64,000 nucleotides of DNA from positions 35,526,001 through 35,590,000 of the forward strand of contig OX597814.1 in assembly GCA_951406725.2 (NCBI GenBank), in the 5' to 3' direction. The notes under the pieces were generated by a model. That model ran no database searches. It was not told the origin of the DNA and worked only from the letters and a program-made list of their open reading frames with translations. The stretch is from Octopus vulgaris. Its lineage: Eukaryota. This document shows positions 26,363 through 38,599 of this stretch, piece by piece (within the stretch, counting starts at the first letter, position 1; every line of letters starts with the position of its first letter). Both the position numbers and the translations under genes were made by a program.

Positions 26363-27513
26363 GAATGGATGAAGATAGCTGTGTGGAAAAGTGCTACACC
26401 CTAGTGGTTGAGGGAACCCGTGGAAGAGGCAGACCCAGGAAAACCTGGGACGAGGTGGTGAAGCACAACCTTCGAACTTTAGGTCTCACTGAGGAGATGA
26501 CTAGAGACCGAGACCTATGGAAGAATGCTGTGCGTGAGAAGACTCGGCAGGACTAGTGAGACCATTACCCGTGGCCTCTACCTATGATGTAGCCAGTCGA
26601 CTTATGCATACCTTTCCTTCTTGGGACACAAAACTCCACTTGTGAAGACCCATTGAGGCAAGTGGAAATCGGAAATCAAAATCAAATCAAATCAAATCAA
26701 ATCAGAAATCGGAACCAAAATCGAACAAATCAAATCAAATCAAATCAGAAATCGGAACCAAAATCGAAGTCGATCAACATCAATGGAAATTGCAGCTGCG
26801 ATACTAGTGCCGGTGACACGTAAGCGTACCATCCAATAGTGGCCGTGGCCAGCGCCGCCCTGACTGGCCTCCGTGCCGGTGGCATGTAAAAAGCACCATC
26901 CGATCGTGGCCGTTGCCAGCCTCGCCTGGTCCCCGTGCCGGTGGCACGTAAAAAGCACCACCCGACCATGTCCGTTGCCAGTGCCGCCCCGACTGGCCTC
27001 CATGTTGGTGGCACGTAAAAAGCACCATCTGATCGTGGCCATTGCCAGTCTCGCCTGGCCCCCGTGCTGGTGGCACGTAAAAAGCACCACCTGACCGTGT
27101 CCATTGCCAGCGCCACCCCGACTAGCCCCCGTGCTGGTGGCACATAAAAAGCACCATCCGATCGTGGCCATTGCCAGCCTCGCCTGGCCCCCGTGCCGGT
27201 GGCACATAAAAAGTACCACCCGACCATGTCCGTTGCCAGCGCCGCCCTGACTGGCCCCCGTGCTGGTGGCACGTAAAAAGCTCCATCCGTCCGTGGCCGT
27301 TTGCCAGCCCCGTCTCGCACCTGTGCGGGTGGAACGTAAAAGCACCCACTACACTCACAGAGTGGTTGGCATTAGGAAGGGCATCCAGCCGTAGAAACAC
27401 TGCCAGATCAGACTGGGCTTGGTGCAGCCTTCTGGCTTCCCAGACCCCAGTTGAACCGTCCAACCCATGCTAGCATGGAAAGCGGATGCTAAATGATGAT
27501 GATGATGATGATG
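26363..27513 (+). mobile_element. RTE LINE 3' end: ORF C-terminus plus long 3' UTR with 9 tandem units and (ATG)n tail
   Basis: VEGTRGRGRPRKTWDEVVK...RDRDLWK at 26365-26556, then (AAATC)n, the repeat array and the family A tail. This shows family A is the RTE 3' UTR. Confidence 0.9.
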
Positions 27514-27713
27514 AGTACACAAGTATGTGTATGTATGTATGTATGTATGTATGTATGTATCTATCTATCTATCAGTATATATTACCTACATTTATATGTC
27601 AATCAGTCATTGTGCATATCTGTGTCTGTATATGTTCAAAGGCACCCATATAAATACGGATATATATATATATGTGTGTGTGTATGTATATACGTATGTA
27701 TATATATACATAC

Positions 27714-27744
<31 letters not shown>

Positions 27745-28287
27745 AATATATATGTAAGCAGTGATTCTCTCTATCAAATATGATGTTATGTCTGTGTCAT
27801 GGACAAAAGTGTGTGTTTTTGTGAGACTGTGCATGTGAGGGATATGTGTGTCTTATGTTTTTGGTGTCCATTGACAGCATAATCTCTTATCATCTGTCTC
27901 CTTACCATAGCATTTCCCTTGAAGCTGAAACCAGCTCACACCAACCTCCGTGTTCTTCCTCCTATCATTTACTTTTTTTTTTATATATATATCATTCAGA
28001 AAATGGCAACAAAATGACTTTGTAATGTATTGCTATAATAATAAAGAAAATTTTCTGTTTACAGGCTTCTTGGAGTCACATTTACTTGAATCTTTTTCCT
28101 GTGTATGGACTTATGTCAACGACTGCATAGTTTGAAATATTTTATTGTGACATTGCATTGTTTTGTCTAAAAATAATAAACACATATAATAGAAAAATAG
28201 ACATTCAATTTTAGTATTGCATAGATGAAGGCTAGTTATGTTCTTATCTCCTAAACAATATTTTCAATAACTCTATTATTATTATCC

Positions 28288-28690
28288 TCTCTTTTACTCT
28301 CTTTTACTTGTTTCAGTCATTTGACTGTGGCTATGCTGGAGCACCGCCTTTAGTCGAGCAACTCGACCCCGGGACTTATTCTTTTTGTAAGCCCAGTACT
28401 TATTCTATCGGTCTTTTTTTGCCGAACCGCTAAGTGACGGGGACGTAAACACACCAGCATCGGGTGTCAAGCGATGTTGAGGGAACAAACACAGACACAC
28501 AAACACACACACATACATATATATATATACATATATATAACAGGCTTCTTTCAGTTTCCGTCTACCAAATCCACTCACAAGGCATTGGTCGGCCCGGGGC
28601 TATAGCAGAAGACACTTGCCCAAGATGCCACGCAGTGGGACTGAACCCGGAACCATGTGGTTGGTTAGCAAGCTACTTACCACAAAGCCA

Positions 28691-28691
<1 letters not shown>
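28288..28691 (-). mobile_element. Family B SINE
   Basis: Reverse complement of 60866-61284. Confidence 0.9.
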
Positions 28692-28767
<76 letters not shown>

Positions 28768-28769
<2 letters not shown>

Positions 28770-29095
28770 TAGTCTTATTTTTATTACGAGCTTTCACTGC
28801 ACTCTGAGCGCAGCTCTGTGTGACTCGGGTATGTGCTGTGGTTTGTTGAGATGCTCTTATTTTTACTGCTTTGAAAGTGTTTTATATAAGATGTGTGCCT
28901 AGTAGTGCTATTTTCTGCGTGTTATACATACTTGTTAGTCCTAATGTTTTTGTCTGAATATTTGTATGAATATTTATTAATCATACCTAATGTGTCTACT
29001 ATGATAGGAATTGTTTCTGTTTTTAGACTCCACGTTTCAGTTACCTCTATTTCCAGATCTTTGTATTTTGAAAGTTTCTCTGTTTCTTTCTCTGT
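28768..29095 (-). mobile_element. R4/Dong-like LINE 3' fragment next to (TTA)n
   Basis: KLSKYKDLEIEVTETWSLKTETIPIIVDTLGMI; 3' end abuts the long (TTA)n at 28692-28766. Confidence 0.75.
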
Positions 29096-29439
29096 TTGTT
29101 GTCGATGATGATGATGATGTTGTTGTTGACACTGTGCCGGACAAAATGCTTAGTGGTATTTCTACCAGCTCTATGTTCTGAGATCAAATTCAGTTGATGT
29201 CAACTTTATTGTTTTACTTTTTGAGGGCAAAAACGTAATGAGCTGACAAGTCCTGGGTTCGATGAAATTTACAGCTCCCTCCCCCAAATTTCTGGCCTTG
29301 TGCTTATAGCAGAGAGAATTATTATTATTATTATTATTATCATTAATGACTTGTATTTTTTTGATCTTCTTTTGTTTTGCTTCTCTCTTTCAAGCACAAT
29401 CTATTCAAGTATTACAAAATGAAATTTTTATTGGAATTA

Positions 29440-30012
29440 AATCAAATCAAATCAAAACAAATCAAAATAGATAAACATCAATGGAATTTGTATCTTTGTG
29501 GTACCAGTGCCGGTGGCACTCAAGAAAACCAGCCGAACGTGGCGGTAGCCAGTACCGTATCGACTGGCCTCCGTGCTGTGGGCACGTAACAAACACCATC
29601 CGATCGTGGCCGTTCGCCAGCCTCATCTGACACCTGTGTCAGTGGCACATAAAAACACCATCCGAGCGTGGCCGTCTGCCAGCCTCATCTGGCACCTGTG
29701 TTGGTGGCACATAAAAACACCATCCGAGCGTGGCCGTCTGCCAGCCTCATCTTGCACCTGTGTCGGTGGCACATAAAAAACACCATCGTGGCCGTTCGCC
29801 AGCCTCGTCTGGCACCTGTGTCGGTGGCACATAAAATCACCCACTACACTCTCGGAGTGGTTGGCGTTAGGAAGGGCATCCAGTTGTAAAAACACTGCCA
29901 GATCTGACTGGCCTGGTGCAGCCTTCGGGTTTGCCAGACCCCAGTTGAACCGTCCAACCCATGCTAGCATGGAAAGCGGACGTTAAATGATGATGATGAT
30001 GATGATGATGAT
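29440..30012 (+). mobile_element. Family A RTE-tail element with internal tandem units
   Basis: (AAATC)n, several GGTGGCACATAAAAACACC units, family A tail. Confidence 0.9.
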
Positions 30013-30466
30013 GTTTGTAGTAAGTGCCATATGGCTATAATTACCTAAGGAGGAGTTGCCCTTGAGATTCAGGAGTAGACAACAGAGAAAAGTGGTTTGG
30101 TTCACAAATTTTTATAATTATATTTACACAGACTACATTTTCACATCCAGTGTAACAATTTCACTTAATTGTGGCATACAACAAAACAACAACGGCTAAA
30201 AAAAAAAAAAGGGAAAAACAAAACACCAAATCAAAACATACCTAGACTTGCAATAGGATGAAATTATTCCATGTACTCAAAGAAGTTACTTTGAATTCAG
30301 TTACATCAACAACAACAAACACAACATTAACTGTAGTGGTTTTTATATGATGTTAAATACTACAGCCTGTTCACATAGTAACTGTATGAAAACGAAATTT
30401 CCTCTCATCACTAAGTGAAATAGCTGAATTTGTGAACTTACCACAGTACAAAGGAAAAAAAAAACC

Positions 30467-30830
30467 ATCATCATCATTTAATATTCATTGTCCATGCTGG
30501 CATGGGTTGGACAATAAGACCAGGGATGGGAAGCTGGAAGGCTGCACCAAACACCAGTCTGATTTGGCATGGTTTCCACGGCTGGTTGCCCTTTCTAACA
30601 CCAATCTCTCTGAGAATGTTATGTGTGCCGCCAGCATGGGTGCCATTTGTGTTACACCAGTGTCTGCCATGACTACGATTTACTTAGCTTGATGGCTCTT
30701 CTTCTCAAGCGTGACTTAATGCCAACATGTCAGTCATTCACTGCCTTTGTGAAGCCCAACACACAAAAGGAGCTTATGTGCCAGTTATGTAACACCAGCA
30801 TCAGCCATGATTACAATTTCCCTCGGCTTG
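30467..30830 (-). mobile_element. Older family A RTE-tail copy
   Basis: (CAT)n then CCATGCTGGCATGGGTTGGAC...CCAGTCTGATTTGGCATGG. Confidence 0.7.
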
Positions 30831-30917
30831 ACAGAAAAAATTTATAAAACCAAACAACTATTTTTTGCCATGGAAGATTAGCCAAGAGAGAGCGAAGAGA
30901 AAAATTATATTCCTAAA

Positions 30918-31314
30918 CTAGCAGTATCGCCCGGCATTGCTCGGGTTTGTAAGGGAAATAACTATATAAGCATTTTTAGGGATGTAAAGTATAATAGCCA
31001 TCTCAATATAGCTAACCACAAAGTGGGGTGTTACTGTAGCTTTTTACATTCTGAGATTTAATAATACATTTTTAGAGAGTTACTTCCTTTATATAATAGC
31101 TAAATAATGCATTAAAAATGGGAAAAAATGATGGTAATTTTTTTTAAAATCATAGACTCATCGTAGACATGCGCTAATACCCGGAAGGGCTCGATATGAA
31201 TCACGACTATAAGATACCTGCTTTTGGTTACACTGCACTGCAAAATGTGGGAGTAGTTAGGAATCTAAATCGTAGGAGACAGACAGCACACAACCTCACT
31301 TTTATATATAAAGA
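30918..31314 (-). mobile_element. Non-autonomous Helitron
   Basis: Reverse complement of 7298-7695; CTAG end with hairpin, TC start. Confidence 0.85.
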
Positions 31315-31893
31315 TATATGAAAAACAAGTGTGGGTTAAATTTTCGTTTCTGTCAAGTAGTATGACAAACCAATCAAGACATATTGGGAAAAATAATCTC
31401 AGTTGAAAAAAGCAAAAGCTATGACACTATTTGTTGTGCCTTTAAAACTGAAGACTTAGCCAAAACAGGCTGAAATCATCAGAAATACTTCTGTTTATGC
31501 ATTTGTGCACCAATACAGTAAAGAAACAGAAGAATCACAAGTGGAAACATAGAATAGACCTGTGACTCATAGCGTTTTTGTGTCTCAGTATGGGAGAGTG
31601 GTCAAAGCTGAACTGAGCCTAGGAGAAGAAGCTGATACAAAGGGAGTGAGATTGATGATACAAAGTAGATAGCTTAATTATTATATTTGTTGAAATAAAA
31701 CACACCTTAGAGCTGAATGCTCTCAAGAACTGGGAAGACTAAGCAAAAGCAAGGAAAGCAATAATAATGAAAATCAGCAGTAACAGCAAATAGAACAACA
31801 AATTCTAATTTCCAGAACACCATCAGATACAACTCTGGGCATAGTCAAAGAAATACCTCTAGGTCCAACATCACAAATAAATAAATACTTCAT

Positions 31894-32111
31894 TGTGGCC
31901 GTTCACCAACCTCGTCTGGCACCTGTGTCGGTGGCACATAAAATCACCCACTACACTCTCGGAGTGGTTGGCATTAGGAAGGGCATCCAGCTGTAGAAAC
32001 ACTGCCAGATCTGACTGGCCTGGTGCAGCCTTCGGGTTTGCCAGACCCCAGTTGAACCGTCCAACTCATGCTAGCATGGAAAGTGGACGTTAAACGATGA
32101 TGATGATGATG
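31894..32111 (+). mobile_element. Family A RTE-tail fragment
   Basis: Near-identical to 29788-30012. Confidence 0.85.
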
Positions 32112-32784
32112 ATTCCCTTACAGCAAAAATCTGTAGCACTACACCTACATTATATAAATAGTAAGAAATAATTATAGATGAAAATACAAAAAGGAAAAAA
32201 AATTCATAAAAATACTGAGCATAAAATAATAAAAATGGGCGAGAAAGAACAATTTCTTCCAAATGGCAACAAATTACATCCCAGGAAAAGAAATTAAGAA
32301 AATTCAATGTATGATTGTGAACTGAACTTCATGTTATTCAAGAATCAAATGAACAGTTAACAGACAACATTAGTCATCTCTAGAGTCTCAGACACTCTTA
32401 AGTTAGAATGGCAGAGAAACAATGAGAGACAGATTACTTGTAAAATTAAGACATTATACTGAACTTTAAAAATTGTATACCTTCATAATAATGATGTGTT
32501 ACAGCATCAAATGTCTCCAAAAAGGCTTACTGGTGCATTTCATTGCATTCAATCACAATGTGAAAAGAGGATAAGTGAATAATAATATATTTCTTTAAGT
32601 TATATATTGTTTTAATTAACATGCTCGGGCACTACCGTTGACTGAGCTACACCATTATTTGAAACCTCCTCTGATATGTGGCATTTGATCAATGGGGGAG
32701 CTTCATGCTGCTGCTCTCATCTGTGTTTCCTGTGTGAGGTAGGCTCGTCTGGAACGCTTGACAGGACAAGATCCAGTTTTACAG

Positions 32785-33003
32785 TTTTATATTCAAGAGA
32801 TGAGGAATTATGTACATTATTTACATTTGATGGATATTTGTCCTCATCTTTGTTGTTGACACAACTTTTGGCTGATATAACCTCCATACCCTCCAGCCTT
32901 CATTAGGTGTCTTGGGGAAATTTCAAACCTGGGTTCTCATTTTTAAGGTATGTTTTGATATTATTATTATTATTATTATTAGTATTATGATTATTATTAT
33001 TAT
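32785..33003 (-). mobile_element. Decayed copy of the HHR-bearing element at 21161
   Basis: AAGAGATGAGGAATTATGTACATTATTT...GGTGTCTTGGGGAAATTTC shared; core mutated to CUAAUGA / AAAA. Confidence 0.8.
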
Positions 33004-33577
33004 TGAATGAGAGAACAGTGCATGCCTCACACAGTAACATAGGGGTAAAATATACGAAGCCCAGTATACCCATCATGACAACCCATCTGAAAAGGGTACA
33101 CCAGGCACATGCATCACAACCATATGCACACGTCAAGGTGATCTCATATCAAGATAAACAGTGCATGACTTTGCAGGTTGGGCCCAGTTAGAATTTTCTT
33201 GAGGTTGAGTAGTCCATACCACTCAAAAGGTCCTTGGATAAGGGTTGTTTAAAAATGTTGAATGAAACACCCTTGTTTCCAGAGGTGAATTATCCAAACT
33301 CCAAAGAATTCCTCTCAACACAAGGGTTGATGCTCCCTCACTATTTCTGCTTGTTATCAGAAATGCACATATTGTCAGCACTAAGGGACATACTCAACTG
33401 GTTATTGTGAAACAATTGATAAGCAAATCTGTGGTATTGAGCAGAATATTTTTTGTAGGCCATCTTTTATACCAAGACAAAACAATGTACATGATAACAC
33501 TTCCAATCAGTTAAAAGGAGAAGCCATGAGAGCCACTGCCTGGTACTACATCAGGGCATTATTATTATAATTATAAA

Positions 33578-33610
<33 letters not shown>

Positions 33611-33614
33611 TATA

Positions 33615-34525
33615 TGTTTGACGTTTGCTTTGCATTTGTACAAGTTGGCTCCAAGTCTCACCCAGAGACCTCAAGAGACAAGTTAGAAGTTCATATTGGT
33701 GTTATGTTTAGGGTGCCATATATTTGGTTTTGTACATTGTGTTGTTCTAGAGAATGTTTAAGAAAACATAAGAAAATTGTTTGTTTTAAAATTTGAGATT
33801 ACATAGACAGCATTTTACATAGGATATGGGCAGTTCCTATGAGTACTATCTTTTAAATTTATGCCATTTTGGGGTTTCCTGGTATCTGAGCTAGGTTGCA
33901 ATCAGGCACCTATGACAACAGGTATTGTTTTAGTCTTCAAGTTCCACATTTTTGCTAATTTCTATTTCAAGATCTTTATACTTGTTCAGTTTTTGGCAGG
34001 TCTTGACAGATATGTTTATATCAATGAGGAGGCATACTTTTTGTCTGAAGTCTTTCAATATGATGTCTGGCCTATTTGCATCTATCTTTCTGTCAATTTG
34101 AATGGTGAAGTTCCAGAGGAGTGAGATGTGACAATTTTCAAGCACTGGTGGTGGTTTGTGTTCCCACCAGTTTTTATCATGGAGTATGTCTAGGTTTCTG
34201 AAAATCACCCAGTGAATATGTTATGCAGCACTATCATGCCTGTTGAGATATTCTGTAGGCACTAGAAGACTGCACATGGAGACAACATGATCAATGGTTT
34301 CATTTTGTTGTCGACATACACAACATGTGGGGAAGCTGCCATACTTTAATATGTTGGCCTGGTAGTTCCTTGTAGGTAAGCATTGATCTTGGGCTGCTAT
34401 GATAAACCCTTTTGATTCTGATTTTAAGCCAGAAGCCATTAGCCATTGATGGGTAAGGAGTTTGTCAGCATCAGCCTTATTCGCTCTCTTTGGGTATTTG
34501 CCATTGAGAGGTTTTTCTTGCAGTT
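33615..34525 (-). mobile_element. R4/Dong-like LINE C-terminus (CCHC knuckle and restriction-like endonuclease), 5'-truncated
   Basis: GFIIAAQDQCLPTRNY, CCVCRQQNETIDHVVSMC, YLNRHD, ANRPDIILKD, KLNKYKDLEIEI; (TTA)n on both sides. Confidence 0.9.
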
Positions 34526-34566
34526 TATTATTATTATTATTATTGTTGTTGTTGTTGCTGTTATTA

Positions 34567-34778
34567 AGGTAGCAAGCTGGCAGAATTGTTAGCATACTGA
34601 GTAAAATGGTTTGTGGTATTTCGTCCATCCTTACGTTCTGATTTCAAATTCTGCCATGGTCAACTCTGCCTTTTATCCTTTCAAAGCCGATGAAATAAGT
34701 ACCAGTTGAGTACTGGGGTCAATGTAATCAACTAGCTTCCTCCCCCAAAATATCAGGCTTTGTGCCTTTAGTAGAAAG
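34567..34778 (+). mobile_element. Older family C SINE
   Basis: AGCTGGCAGAATTGTTAGC...TTCAAATTCTGCCATGGTCAAC...AAATAAGTACCAG. Confidence 0.7.
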
Positions 34779-35340
34779 AATTAATATTATTGTTGTTATT
34801 ATTATTATGCTCTTGTAAATCCGCAGGATCAATAGTTCACAAAAAAGGCTTTCTTCTAAAAGTTTTATACCTAACTAAAACATCACTTTTACATGGCATA
34901 CTTGTGCACATACAGATTTTACAACGTAAATTACTCAGCAAACAGAACTTATAAACTAATTTTTATTGACAATTAGAACAGCTTCATTCAACAATAAACT
35001 TACAATGTTTTATAGAAATACTATGTAAACCATAACCACAAATTTTCATTTGTTTTTCTTTTTTACTTGGATACTGTAACTTCAAGACTTCCTTGTTAAG
35101 CTCAGGACTTAGCTTTTATACAAAGAATAGCCTTCTAGAAAAAAAAAACAAAAAAAAAAATAAACTTTAGATAATAAACAACAAACATGTTATGAATTTA
35201 TTAAAAAAAAGTATATTTCACATTCACTTGTAAGTCTTTGTCCTGAAACATTAATCATTCTATAAAATTAATAATTTCTAATCTTTTACATTGCATTAAG
35301 TGTAGGAGACATATGTGAGCACAAACACAAACTACCTTTT

Positions 35341-35343
35341 GTA

Positions 35344-35413
<70 letters not shown>

Positions 35414-35414
35414 C

Positions 35415-35447
<33 letters not shown>

Positions 35448-35448
35448 A

Positions 35449-35479
<31 letters not shown>

Positions 35480-35848
35480 TACATACATATATATATATAA
35501 ATACATACATACATACATATATATATATAAATACATACATATATATATATAAATACATACATATATATATATAAATGCATACATATATATAAATACATAT
35601 ATATACACATATATATATATATACACACATACATATATACATATATATATAGATAGATAGATACACACATACACACGCATATTTGAGTGTTTGTGTGTGA
35701 GTATATGTGCATTTGTATTTGCATTTATATATATATATACACATGTGTAATATATATATACATACACACATGTATATATTTGTAATTATTTGTATACACA
35801 TATACATGTATGTATGTAAATATACGTGTGTGTGTGTGTGTGTGTGTG
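35341..35848. repeat. Long compound (TACA)n/(TA)n/(TG)n microsatellite
   Basis: Direct reading; source of the 130-207 aa Y/I/M/C ORFs. Confidence 0.95.
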
Positions 35849-37099
35849 TTATCCATGCGTTTTTACACCTTAATTCTATGGCAATAATCTTTATTTTTAA
35901 AACCTTCAATCTTATCTTGCTATTTCTAAGTCTTCACTAGCTTCAAGAATCAAAATTTTGAATGCTATATATATATATATATATATATACATACGCACAT
36001 GCATACGTATATGTGTTCTTTCAGTGGTTTATTGGTCTCAGTCATATATCTGTGTGTGGTGTTGAGGATTCACACACATACACTCACTTTTATAGTTTCT
36101 TTTTTTCTCTTTTGTTTAAATTTCAATTTTATACTTCTGGCATTTTAACATTGTTTTAAAATCTGTTTTAGTTTCTCTCACTCTTCTTTCCTCACCTTCT
36201 ATTTCTTTTCTTTGTCTTTTCATTTCTTGCTCTTTCTCTGCCTCACCCTCTCTTTCACCTCTCTTCCCCGTTAATAGTATTTTACAGTGATTAGTGAGTG
36301 AAGATATTGACTGCAACTAGTGAGCATTACTCAATAATAATCTCAATAGTTTCCTTTAATTTATGTGTAAGCTTGAATAAAATAATTTCATTTTGTTTAC
36401 TCTTGTCTAGCCAAAGTGGATTGATCTTGCATTTAATATATCTAGCTTTTAATAACTCATAGTCAAACAATTCTAGAAACTATCAATTAGAATGTGAAAT
36501 GGAGTGCTATGTTGCTGAAATATTAATTTCTTTCAACGAGGCACAAAGCCAATTTTTACAAGAGAAGCTTATATATTTAATTCATTCAACTCCAGTTGTT
36601 ATTTAGTATCCCACCTAGGTCAGGCTTCACTGAGCAGACTTATGATCAAAGGCAGTCTATCAATGATCATCCTCTCATTTTGTTTATCAGGGACAATATT
36701 GTCCAATGTGTCCTTTCATTTTTTCCGTTTCAGATTCTAATGTATGACTTGAAATAAATTTGACTGCTACTTCAAGTGAATTCTGCGATCATTTAGAAGC
36801 TCCTTACATTTATAAATAGAAGTTATTTTATTGACCATTCCAATCAAATGAATGGCAAATTTCATCCAACATGATTTGAGCTCAGAGAATAAGTGGAAAC
36901 AGGCTTAATCCTACAAACCATTTTATTCAATATGATTAACCACTGGTTAACCTCAGTCAAGAAGTTCTATGATTAAATATTTTCTAGCTATAACCATAGT
37001 AATTTTACAGATAGTACATTCAAGACTTTCTTATCGTTCATGTCCAGCCATTTTGAAAACAACAACGTGTGATTTAATGGAGTTTTGCCCACTGTTTCT

Positions 37100-37325
37100 T
37101 ATTTCTTTTCTGCCCACAAGGGGCTACACACAGAGGGGACAAACAAGGACAGACAAACGGATTAAGTCGATTATATCGATCCCAGTGTGTAACTGGTATT
37201 TATTTAATCGACCCCGTAAAGATGAAAGGCAAAGTCGACCTCGGTGGAATTTGAACTCAGAATGTAGTGGCAGACAAAATACTGCTAAGCATTTCACCCG
37301 GCGTGCTAACGTTTCTGCCAGCTCG
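37100..37325 (-). mobile_element. Family C SINE
   Basis: Near-identical to 56894-57123. Confidence 0.85.
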
Positions 37326-38061
37326 TTTTGCCTACTATTTCTAACAGACCAAACAGTTACATGCAGCTCCCTTGTAAGTGCCAATATTGCATATAGAAAT
37401 TCAGTGTCAAAGATACTTTGTATGCATGTATGTATATAAAGAGGTGGTGGCAAAGAATCTTTACAAACCTTTTGCTGGGAAATGAAGATAATAGCTTTAT
37501 GCTAAAGTTTGAAAATCAGTGAAGTAAGTCTGACAAAACTATGTTCTGAGAGGAAACAATAAGTGTGAAAATTTGCTAAAAAACTTTGAGAAATTGTTAA
37601 AATGGTAAAGAAACTGGTAAAATATACTTGAGATCGGTAGAGTCCAGAAGATGGAGAAGGTGTCCCAGAAGATGGTACAATCAAAGAAGATAGAATAAAA
37701 TAGACTCAAGTTGGTAAAAAACAAAACTTTATTTTATACATGCTGCAGGGAAGAACGTGAGACAGGAGAATAAAAATGGTATTTTTGAGAGAAGCTTGTA
37801 TGTAAGGTTTAAGGAAGCAGCAAATGAAATGGCATGGGTGTGGATATGTGTGCATGTGGATGATAGGTGCAAGGAGGGTAGAGAAATGTGTGATTCAAAG
37901 GTACCAATCAAAACAAGGGTAGAAGAATGTATGTTTGAGAATGCCAATAAGTGTGAGTGTGTGTGTGTGTGTAAGTGAAGAGTGTGAAAGTACCAATGAA
38001 TATGTGCAAGTGTGTGAATGTGTGAAAAGTAGATGTATGGGGGTGGTCATATGTTTATATT

Positions 38062-38225
38062 TTGGCGTTAGGAAGAGCATTGGCATTAAGAAGGGCATCC
38101 AACTGTAGAAACTCTGTCAGATCAAGATTGGAGCCTGGTGCAGCCATCTGATTCGCTAGCCCTCAGTCAAAATCGTCCAACCCATGCTAGCATGGAAAGC
38201 GGACGTTAAACGATGATGATGATGA
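38062..38225 (+). mobile_element. Family A RTE-tail fragment
   Basis: AAGGGCATCCAACTGTAGAAAC...GCATGGAAAGCGGACGTTAAACGATG. Confidence 0.8.
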
Positions 38226-38599
38226 TATGTGCCAAACAGTCAAGCTGGCAGGTGAATAGAAGTATGTGTATATGGTAAGTGTGTGAATGTGTGGTGAGTG
38301 GGATGAGCAAAGAGATGTGTGTGGATGTGGAAGCTTTGAGCTTGTGTGTATAGAAAGAGTGTGTAAGAACAGGATGGAGAAGGGTGAGGTGTGAGGTAGA
38401 GAGGCAAGAGTTGTGGATAGTAGAGGAGTGTGTGGGTAGGTGAAGTGCAGAAGAGGAAGAAAGAGAGAGAAGCAAACATGCAAGGTATGTAATTCTGAAG
38501 CAAGTGGGAGAAGAGCAAGTTAGTAAAAAGTGAAGAGGTGAATTTAGAAGTAAAGATGTGTAAGATTTAAGAAAGATGCTGTGATCCTGATTCCTATGA

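Noticed and set aside
26740-27463. 191-201 aa repetitive ORFs and a CRISPR-like repeat pattern
   Set aside because: The spacers are themselves repeated, there are no cas genes and the context is eukaryotic; it is the tandem array of the RTE 3' UTR.
34827-34861. xSIVHKKGFLLK resembling a PH-domain first strand
   Set aside because: Weak donor (GTTTTA), only 12 codons, and no supporting exons.
35255-35940. Long ORFs of 130-207 aa (also 49258-50010, 14052-14417, 14814-15116)
   Set aside because: Translations of (TA)n, (TATG)n or (TTA)n microsatellites; only the RTE part of 49741-50010 is real homology.
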